A stretch of DNA of 59,792 nt, the filler included, from Malacoraja senta (Eukaryota): assembly GCA_038087875.1 (NCBI GenBank). It is 4 parts of 4 records of this genome, joined end to end, with 100 filler letters (N's around TTAATTAATTAA, not from the genome) between each part and the next. Parts side by side here need not be neighbours in the genome. Positions count along the whole stretch, not along the records: positions 45,158 to 57,495 come from CM075990.1; positions 57,596 to 59,792 come from JAXLNO010004401.1; 2 more parts are not named here. One strand, written 5' to 3'. Made by a program: the position numbers and the translations under genes. Shown in pieces: positions 49,578 through 59,792 of this stretch; positions within the stretch are counted from its first letter, which is position 1, and the number at the start of each line of letters is the position of its first letter. Below the pieces are notes generated by a model that did not search any database, had not been told where the DNA came from, and saw nothing but the letters and a program-made list of their open reading frames with translations.

Positions 49578-52500
49578 CACTGATACCAATCGAATTAGCC
49601 TGCAAACCTGTCCGTCTTTGGAGTGCGGGAGGAAACTGATGATCTCGGAGAAACCCGTGCGGTCTCGGGGAGAACGTACAAATCTCCGCACAGACAGCAC
49701 CTGAAGTCGGGATCGAACCTGGGTCTCTGGTGCTGTGAGGTCGCAACTCTACCGCTGCTCCACCGTGCAGGCCTGAAATCCTGACCTGTGATCTTGACTC
49801 CATCTACACTTTAAACTGTCCAGGGAAAGCAGGCACCATAATCAAGGACCACTTCCACCCTGGCCATTCCCTCTTCTCCCCTCTCCCGTTGGACAGAAGG
49901 TACAAAAGCTTGAGAACATGAAAACAGGCCCTTCAGCCCAACTTGCTCATGCCAACTAACATAACCAAGTCCCACCTGTCTGTGTTTGGTCCACATCCCT
50001 CTAAACGTTTCCTATCCATGTACCTGTCCAAATGTTCTTTTACATGTTGTTATAGTGCCTTCCTCAACGACGTCCTCTGGCAGCTCGTTCCATATATCCA
50101 TCACCCTCTGTGTCAAAAAGCTGCTTCTCAGGCTCTTACTAAACCTTTCGGCTCTCACCTTAAACCTAAGTTTGCTTCCCCCAACCCTGGTCAAAGATTC
50201 TGTGCGTTCACCCTGTCTATTCCCTCAAGATCTTATTCACCTCTGTAAGATCACCTGTTGGCCTCCTGTGCTCCAACCTATATTCTATGTCTCTGCTGCC
50301 ATGAACTGATGACAGTACAAGTTAGATCCTGCCCACAAGCCAAGATGGGCCGCTCTAAAAATCTGTAAACTAGAAATTGCCTAAGCACGGTGAGTTTGCC
50401 TTCTGCAGTTACCACCTGGCTTGATGTTAATACTATACACCCACGTGGCTGATCAAACAGTTGCTTGGGTGAAGATGTATTTTTGCAATATGACTTCCTA
50501 TTGGGTCTTCTAGTGACCAGAATCACAAGAAGATGAATATTTCCATTAGAGGCTCCCCGCTAAGTCTGCAGGTTATTGCAGAGTGCCCAACAGCAGTGCA
50601 GATGTTAAAAGCATTATTGTAACCCCGAGCCAGGCTAAGGGACCCTAGTCTCACATGTCCTGACTCTATTCGGTGCATGCTTACCCTGCACTTCATCCAG
50701 GGCCAAGTGTTGGTGGAAGGGATTGGTATAGATGGAATCTTAAGGACAGCACGGACTGAGTGGACTGAATGGCCTCTTTCTGTGCAGTCCATCTCTGACT
50801 CGTGGTCATGGTGATTTGCTGGGTATCGCCTCTTCCTGCACGATATTTTGTTCTTCATCCTTGAGCTGAGTGAAGCTGCAGCGAAAATGTTGCAGAAACT
50901 TTGTTGAAGAAGGATAGAAATAAGTATCTTGCTGGGAGAGGCATCAGAGAGGAGGAGTGTGAGAGCATGCTGTTGATGCGGAGAATCGGCCATGATTGTA
51001 TTGACTGGCAGAACAGGTACAAAGGACTGAATGGCCTAACCCTGGTATTTTCTATACTTCACATGACCTCATCTTTAAACCTTGCTAAAAGGAGAATAAT
51101 CCTACATGTCCATGGATGGCAGTCGAACTTTGGAAAAGTGTTTATGAATTAGACTGCTTGTTGCTGTCTTAACATCAGAGACGTGAAAGCTAGCCTGTGA
51201 TGTGTCAGGAGCCCTGCCTAACCTGTGTGCCCCCAAAACCTTACAGCTCAGACCCAATCAGATATTTGCAAGGGCTCACTGGTTCGCATGTTGATGGAGG
51301 ACACGCCGGTAAGTCCGGCTCGTCCATCGCGGACTCCGAACGCCGCGCCGAGCCACCGGTGTCGACGGGACCCCCGCGCTGCCCAGAGCGAGAAGGGCGG
51401 TCGAGAGCATCGAGAGGAAGGTGGACTGTTGGGAGCATTGGGGTGAGGTGGACCACCGAGGGCATAAGGGGGACGCATGCTGCACAGGTCTACCTGGCTG
51501 GGGGCCGCCGAGAACAATGGGGGGGGGGCAGGGAGCGATGGGGGGGACACAGAGTACTAAGGGGGGCTGCCTGTGACCAAAGACAGGTAGGGTTGTCTAC
51601 ATTGGGGATTAGAACAATTTATAGCAGAACAGTGAGCTATAGGTGAAGATGTGGACGCCATGACAGTATCGGGGCAGCCCAGTAAAATGGCGCCAACAAT
51701 CACCCATGACATACTATGCTTTTTTCGCTGAGTGGCGTATCTTGCTCTGCTCTATGATCTTTGCCTGTGACCACGTTGTGCGAGCAGAAGATAAAACTGT
51801 GCAATTAACTTTTTGTAACTTTGTCGGAGCCAAAAAACATGGCGGCTCTTGCGTGTGCTGCCTACTTCAGGTCTACGGTACCATTTAACCAGGTATATGC
51901 AAAACCAAGCATTTCACTGTACCTAGGCACACGTGGCTATAACGTTTCATTGAATCTTTCTTGTTCCCCAATTGTCACCGCACTGTCTAGTGATGAGTGG
52001 AGGCAGGTACTTCCTGCATGTTTCAGTAGTATCTGGTGGTACGGCTAAAACACCAGGGGTAGAAACCGAAGATAGACACAAAGTGCTGGAGTAACTTGGC
52101 GGGACAGGCAGCATCTCTGGAGAGAAGGAATGGGTAGAAACCACTGGGCCACATGCTTGTAACTTACCTCTGTATTATGTGACCCAAACTTGCATTGAGA
52201 TGGTTCCTACATGTTTATGAATGCCCCAAAGTCATCTTCGGACACAATGCCTTTTAGAAACATAGAAAATAGGTGCAGGAGTAGGCCTTTCGGCCCTTCG
52301 AGCCTGCACCGCCATTCAATATGATCATGGCTGATCATCCAACTCAGTATCCCGTACCTGCCTTCTCTCCATACCCCCTGATCCCCTTAGCCACAAGGGC
52401 CACATCTAACTCCCTCTTAAATATAGCCAATGAACTGGCCTCAACTACCGCTGTCACTGCTGCTGTTAGGGACACAAAGACGTGGCATTTGTTCAGCCAG

Positions 52501-53015
52501 TTCCCATAAAGAGCGATGTGATGTTGACACTGAGGAGGGTTCGCTGGTGAAATGAAGGCTGAGGATTTGCGAGCGTGAGGGAGGGGAAATTGTTGGATTA
52601 CAACAACGGATGCACTTCAAATGACACTTAGATAGGTGGAGCAGCACAGCACACCAATGAGCCATTCGACCCACAATGCTGAGTTTTGTTTAGAGATTCA
52701 GTGTGGAAACAGGCCCACCCCCATACACTCACACTATCCTACACACTAGGGACAATTTATAATCTATACCAAAGCCAATTAGTTTAGTTTAGGGATACAG
52801 CATGGAAACAGGCCCTTCGGCCCACCAAGTCACACCAATCAACGATCCCCACACATTAACACTATCCTATACACACTAGGGACAATTTTACATTTATTTC
52901 AAGCCAATTAACCTACAAACCTGAGGTAGACAAAAATGCTGGAGAAACTCAGCGGGTGCAGCAGCATCTATGGAGCGAAGGAAATAGGCAACGTTTCGGG
53001 CCGAACCCCTCCAGT

Positions 53016-53045
53016 CTGAAGAAGGGTTTTGACCCGAAACGTTGC
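53016..53045 (+). ncRNA. Minimal type I hammerhead ribozyme core in a palindromic Penelope-derived element
   Basis: CTGAAGA-A-GGGT-TTTG-ACCC-GAAAC-GTT-GC. Confidence 0.62.
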
Positions 53046-56000
53046 CTATTTCCTTCGCTCCATAGATGCTGCTGCACCCGCTGAGTTTCTCCAGCATTTT
53101 TGTGTACCTTCGATTATCCAGCATCTGCAGTTCCTTCTCAAACACTAACCTACAAACCTGTACGTCTTTGGAGTGTGGGAGGGCACCGGAATACCCGGGG
53201 GAAACACACGCAGGTCACGGGGAGAACGTACACACTCCATACAGACAGCACCCGTAGTCAGGATCGAACCCAGGTCCCAGGCGCTGCAAGGCAGCAACTC
53301 TACCGCTGCGCCACCGTGCCTGGGCAGAACACGATGCCGAATTAAACTATTGTTCTCAGCCGTCACGTGATCCATATTCCTTAATTCCCTGCACGTCCCT
53401 GTGCCTATCTAACCGGGAGATACGAAGGAAATGGAATGCATTTAGTGCCTATGTTTGGTTTTGCAAACTAGCTCAGTTGTCTTTGGAAGGACTGTGAAGC
53501 AGATCAGAGGGAAAGCAGTGCTACTCATGCAGAGTCTGTTGTGTTGTTGTTGACAGATGGTATTGTGCAGTGCCAGCAAATCCCTTCACATTATTATTGT
53601 AGCACTAACAAGGAGCAGTCTTAGTCCAAATCACACTTGAAAACCTTAAAATTATACATTTTGCTAAGAATACGCACTCCACAAATTCAAGTGTGTCAAT
53701 TGCTGTCTCTTTTAGTATGAATTATGATATTGCTTTAACCGTTTCTGTGTCGCCTTCTCGATCATCACAGTCCTGTTTAGTGCCAACCACTCTCACATTT
53801 TATTTGGTGGTCGAGTCGTACGGCACAAAGACAGGCTCTTCAGCCCAACTCATCCTTGCCAACTTACGGCACAGTGGCGCAGCGGTAGAGTTGCTGCCGT
53901 ACAGCGCCAGAGACCCGGGTTCGATCTGGAATTCGGGTGATTGTCTGTGCGGAGTTTGTGCGTTCTCCACGTGACCTGCGTGGGTTTTCTCCGAGATCTT
54001 CGGTTTCCTCCCACACTCCAAAGATGCACAAGTTTGTAGGTTAATTGGCTTGGTATAAAATGTAAATTGACCCTAGTGTAGTATAGTGTCAATGAACAGG
54101 GATCGCTGGTCGGCATGGACTCGATGGGCCGAAGAGCCTGTTTCTGTGCTGAGTTTGTACGTTCCCCCTGTCTGGGGTTTCTCTGGGAGCTCCGGTTTCC
54201 TCCCACACTCCAAATACGTACAGGTTTGTAGGCTAATTGTAAATTGTTCCCAGTGTGTGTAGGATAGTGTTAATGTGCAGGGGTGGCTGATCAACGCGGT
54301 CCCGGTGGGCTGAAGAGCCTGTTTCTGTGCTGTATCTGTAAACTAAACTACAGGTGCCCCATCTCACCAAGACCCCTTCACCTGCGCTTAACCCACATCC
54401 CTCAAAGCCTCTCCTATCCACATACCTGTCCAATTCTTTGTTCTCCAGAGTGCATTAAATTTATGACCAATTATTCATTAAAATTGCTTTGCTGTTCAGC
54501 TTTGAGCTTGCCCAGTAACTGCCTGAAATACTTAGTGTCACTTGATATAATTTATCGGTCTTCATCTGTGCTACGGTCCCATAATATAGCTGGCTGCAAA
54601 TCACCACTTAACAATCCACTCATGATTATTATTAGCTTAATATTATTTGCTTGCCCTCGAATGGTGGAAAGCCAAACATGGTCATCTTTTCACAGAAAAA
54701 TACAGCATGGAAACAGTCCCTTTGCACCATTGAATCCACGCTGCCCATTGGTCAGCCGTTTGCCTTAGTTTAGTATATTTTGCTTGGGTAACTTCTGACC
54801 TAATGCTATGAATTGAATGGAATACTTTATTGTCACATGTGACAAGCCTCAGTGAAATTCTTTGCTTGCGTACCCAAGGTATGCAAATAGTCGCCACATA
54901 AAGGGCGCGACAAAGTTACAAAGTACGCCCGCGCCGGGTCCCCCTTTGTTCTGCCCCCTCCCCTTCTCACGGTGGTCCCTCCACGCCGGGTCCTCCCATT
55001 GTTCCTTCCCCATTGAATTCTTCAATTTTGGGCAACTGCAAACCCTCTCCCTCTCACTCTTTCCGTCTCACGCCTATCTCTCCCTGCCCCTTCCACCTAT
55101 GTTCCTTCCTCTAGCTTCACAATTCTCAACTCTTCAATCCTTTTTGTCTCACACTTTCTGTCTTTTCATCTCTGGCCTTTGCTCACCGTCTATCAGCCTG
55201 TTACCTGCCATGCTTAGCCCTGCTCCTCCTCTCTGCCAGCTTTCTTCCCTTCCACCCCCCACCCCCTAAAATCTGTGTGAAGAACGGTCCCACCCCAAAA
55301 TGTCACCTATCCAATTTCTCCAGAGATGCTGCCTGACCAGCTGAGTTACTCCAGCGCTTGTGTTATTTTTTGTAAACCTGCATCTGCAGTTCCTTGCATC
55401 TACGCTCCAGTTCTGCGTTGTCCAAATGTTGCATCCATGCCCTACACACTCCAATTAACCTACAAACACTCACATCTTAGAATGTGGGTGGAAACCTAAA
55501 CATCCGGAGGAAACCCACACGATCACAGGCGGAATATGGAACCTGTACACAAAGGTCAGTATTGAATCCAGGTCTCTGGCAGTGTGAAGCAGCAGTTCTA
55601 TCAGCTACACCACTGTGGCACCCATCGGCCTGGCATCTATAAATGATGTCTTCATAAGTTCTAAGAGCAGTATTAGGCCATTCGGCCCATCAAGTCTACA
55701 CTTCCATTCTATCATGACTGATCTATCTTTCCCTCTCAACCCCATTCTCCTGACTTTGGCCCATCACCCTTAACACCCATCCTAATCAATAATCTCCACC
55801 TTAAGAAATATCCATAGGCTTGGCCCTCACCGCCGTTGAATTCCACAGATTCACCACCTTCTGATTAAATAAATTCCTTCTCCTCTCCTTTCTAAAGGTA
55901 CATCCTTTTATTTTCAGGCTGTGGCCTAGACTTCCTCCTCTCCACATGCACGCAATCCAAGCCTTTCCTGGCCTTGAAATGCGGCTGCTTTCGTTAACCT

Positions 56001-56959
56001 GGCGGCTTTCGTCTATCCCTGCTCCTTCCCCGACAGCACGATGTCGATTTGCCTGAAGGTCTGCAGGAGGACTGGTGAATTTGTCCAAGTGGATCGTCAG
56101 TCAACTAACTAGCATGTCCCAAGTCAGCGTGTAGAATCCCTGGCGAACACCATCTTTTATTATTCGTTGTGCATCGTTACAGCCGTTCGAATGATCTTGC
56201 AAACGCGAAAAGCGTTGTGCATCTGTCATCGCTGGCTAATTCAGTGGCAATGGGATGGGCCAGATGAGACGGGAGGTGACAGCTCCAGAGATCCAGGGAG
56301 TCAGCGAGTCGAGGGAACGTGTTGAAGCGCAGTTTATTCGAACGCCTTCAATAGCAAGCGAGGGCTGGTAATTGTCAAGCAGATCCTCGCCTTTTCACTG
56401 AAAGAGGCCTTTTGATATCGAGGCACTGGAGAAGGTGCATTAAAGATTTACACGGATGATACTGGAACTGAGAGGCACTGCCTGTCAAGAGGCGTTGAGC
56501 AAGCGGTAGGTCTCTTCTCCAGAAACAAGGAGGCTGCCGGGCGACCTGAAAGGTTTATAACACTTTGATAGCTTGAACCTGGCAAAGATATTTCACGAGG
56601 GAAGGCAGAAAACTAGGACCTGTAAATATAAGACAGTGCCTAGTAAATCGTATTGAGAATTCAGGAGAAAGTACTTTAGCTGGAGCATGATGGATGTGAG
56701 GCTCGCTTGCACAGGGTGGTTGAGGTAAATTGTACACATGATTTACAGGGAAGACGAGGAAGTAAATGGACGAGGAAAAACAGAAGGATAAAAGCGAAAT
56801 ATTCTACTATTGCAGGCAAGTGCATGGGGCATAATATTGGCATTCACCACAGCAACTATGTTCCTGTACTGTTCTATATCATTCAGGTGTAAGATGCGAG
56901 GGACTTGATACAAAGGACTACAGATGCTGGTTCATATACTGAAGGACATAAAAAGCTCA

Positions 56960-57495
56960 AATGTTGCAGATTTCAGGCTCCTGTACCTTCTACCCGATGG
57001 CAGCGGAGAGATGAGTGTGTGGCCGGGATGGTGTGGGTCCTTGATAATGTTGCCAGCCTTTTTGAGGCAGCGACTGCGATAGATCCCCTCGATGGTGGGG
57101 AGGTCAGAACCGATGATCGACTGGGCAGTGGTTACAAATTTTTGCAGCATTTTCTGCTCCTGGAGTATAGAGTGAGTACAGCAGGGGGGTGAGCACACAG
57201 CCTTGAGGTGCTCCCATGCTGATTGTTATCGAGGATGACACATTTCCACCAATACGGACAGACTGTGGTCTGAATGAGGAAGTCGAGGATCCAATTGCAG
57301 AGGGACCCAGATCTGAGAGCTTGGTAACCAGCTTGGAGGGGATGATGGTATTAAATGCCGAGCTGTAATCAATGAATAACAGCCTTACATGTGAGTTTTT
57401 GTTGTCTAAGTGGTTCAGAGCGGAGTGGAGGGCCAGCGAGATCGCATCCACCGTTGATCTGTTGTGGCGGTAAGCAAACTGCAGTGGGTCCAGGT
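56960..57495 (-). mobile_element. Rex1/Babar-like RT fragment
   Basis: DAISLALH...[17 protein letters not shown]...[16 protein letters not shown]. Confidence 0.8.
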
Positions 57496-57595
57496 NNNNN
57501 NNNNNNNNNNNNNNNNNNNNNNNNNNNNNNNNNNNNNNNTTAATTAATTAANNNNNNNNNNNNNNNNNNNNNNNNNNNNNNNNNNNNNNNNNNNN

Positions 57596-59792
57596 CAATT
57601 TTTAAAAACGCCACATTTTTATTCAGATACATTGATTTGATAAGGTCATATACCTTTCCTCCTATACCACAACAGTTTGTTAGTAGAGCCCTTCATGCCA
57701 AATAGAGTCAAGTGCTTTCTCAAAGTCAATAAAACAGGCAAATATTTTTCCATTTTTTTGCTTGGTGTACATGTTTTTCAATGAGAGTGTGGAGGGTGTA
57801 AATGTGGTCAGTGGTACGCTGTTTTGGGAGGAAGCCAATTTGTTTTTTACTGAGAAGGTCAGATTAATAGCTGCCTTTGTGAAAAGATCATATTGATGTC
57901 CTTTATAGCCATGTTTACACCATCTCTAGTAGTCTCATATGGGTTAGTCTTGTATTTCAATATTTTTATTGTGAGATCAAGTGAATTTCAGGGCCACGGT
58001 GAATTTATCTCCGCTATCTGAAGCCCATCTGTAAGTCTGATTTAGTTTATACAGCTTACTTGGTTCCTTTTTCATCTTTAGTTTGAAGAGGAAATTTTAG
58101 GTACACATTGATTTGACTATGGTCTGAAAGAGGGGACTGCTGCCTAACAGTGGAATGCACTGATAGTTGCAGGGGTCTATGTCAGTAATTGCGTAGTCTA
58201 CCACGCTAGACCCAAGAGCTGAGGAATATGTAAACCTTCCCATCGATCCCCTCTGAGCCTACCATTAACTATGTACAGCCCAAGGCTCGACAGAGATGCA
58301 CAACCTCTCTATCACTTTTATTTATTTCACAGTCCAGGTTGTTCCGGTTAATGATAGTTGGTGTGACATACAAGGGGGTTTGACCGAACACATGGTTGTT
58401 GCCCTGTGGGTCTATGGAATCGGGTTCACATCCGGTCCTTGCATTCAGGTCTCCACATAGTAGCACATTTCCCTGGGCCTGGAAATGATTGATTTCCATG
58501 TGGAGCGTTTCAAATATATCCTCTTCAAAATATGGCGATTCTATTGGGGTATGTAGACAGCACATAGATATATATCTTTTCCAGTTATTCCAATTGGTTT
58601 ATCTAGTTTCAACCATATATGTGATTTCCCCTGTTTTATTGATGTAATGTGACTGTCTAGTTCTTCTTTGTACCATACCTAGACCCCCCCAGAGGTTCTG
58701 CCCTTACGTATATCAGTAGTTTTTACTGAGGGCACCCTGAGGGGCAGTGAATGAACGTATCCTTTCGGTACCATGTTTCCGTTAATATCATTATATCAGT
58801 GTCTTCTATAGACTTTAGGAACTCAGGGTTCCCAGTCTTCATCCCGAAGGTTGAAGAGTAGAGACCCTGGATATTCCAGCATCCTATATGAAATGAACTC
58901 ATTTATTTTCTATTTATATTCTTTTCTTTAATTTAAATTGAACCTATTTTGCGGGACAGGTGCGAAAACACTATTTTTTTTTTCTACAATTGGGGAACGT
59001 TAGGTAAAGTTTTGTATGCTATGGTAAGGCAGACTCGTACTGCCAGCTAGTAATGATAACTATATTAATAATAGCAATATCAACAGTATTAATAGCAATA
59101 TCAACAATATCAACAGTACTAATTTAGTGCAAACATATCAACAATATCAACAGTACTAATTCAGTGCTGTTTTTATCAGTCACTCGGAAGGGACTGTTTA
59201 TATATTTGTGTCCTTTGTTACCATAGGAGGTGGGAACAAAGGGTGTGCAGCAGCTGACTGATCTCTCCCATCTCCGAGTTGAACCGCGGCTGTGGCTGGA
59301 ATGATCCGGCGGCAGTGGCGGCCCTGGCTGGGCTGTTATGTCGCCTCGCAGTTTGGCGGGTTGTCCTGACATGGTGGGGGGTAGGGGGTCCAGATTGGCC
59401 TCTTGGGTTCCCGTTGATCGTGGGGGAGGGAAGGTTACGTCCCAGGGCAGTATATTTGAGGTTCTTTGCAACGACCCTCACCCCTGTCTGTTAAGATGTA
59501 TTCCATCATGGAGGTCCCATGTACCGATGGTCGGGTGGTGGGCCAATTGGACATTAGGAGGGCGGCACATCCTCTGCTGATGTCTATGTTGGCATTATGA
59601 ATCACATGGGGTGAGGTATCCGTCCTGGGCAGCAGGGTAGAGATCACGATCCTCGAATCAGGGAATTCCTTGCTGGCCTTTTCTGCCATCCTTGTTATTG
59701 CCCCAGCAGTACGATGACGTAAGGTGCGCAAATCATTCGTGCCTGTATGGATCACAATGTGTTGAGGGCACCCGATGGTGTGTCTGTTCTGT
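57596..59792 (-). mobile_element. CR1/L2-group LINE 5' half: SGNH-esterase ORF1 and APE endonuclease, degenerate
   Basis: IHTGTNDL...IVISTLLPR (SGNH-type block) at 59435-59755; VLLCGDLNARTG at 58269-58565; AT-rich degenerate ORF2 to the gap. Confidence 0.72.

Noticed and set aside
51251-51271. CCAAT plus ATTTGCAA octamer-like motif as a second Ig promoter
   Set aside because: Imperfect octamer and no leader or V exon downstream.

Overview
Eukaryotic, repeat-dominated window from a cartilaginous fish (probably a skate or ray; inferred from IgW-type exons, HE1/V-SINEs and CR1 LINEs). The + strand carries an IgW(IgX)-type immunoglobulin heavy-chain cluster: leader (460-505), a V already fused to J with no RSS and no recognisable D (607-937, broken by three frame disruptions), and intact CH1 (8220-8528) and CH2 (19389-19706) exons. 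I found no CH3+, TM or confident secretory-tail exon. About 3.7 kb beyond CH2, on the - strand, lies an intact MHC class I alpha-1 exon (23442-23702) with a non-classical, hydrophobic groove signature. This Ig-MHC adjacency is the most interesting signal, but it crosses a 100-bp scaffold gap (21572-21671) and no alpha-2, alpha-3 or leader exon was found. The rest is mostly mobile DNA: many CR1 LINEs, Tx1/L1, Rex/Babar and Crack/L2-like LINEs, a truncated Gypsy element, a Penelope-like element and short derivatives carrying hammerhead-ribozyme cores, Tc1 and Harbinger remnants, V-SINEs, a CR1-derived higher-order tandem array, minisatellites, GA-rich tracts and eight N gaps. All family assignments are by eye; no database searches were run, and repeat boundaries are approximate.
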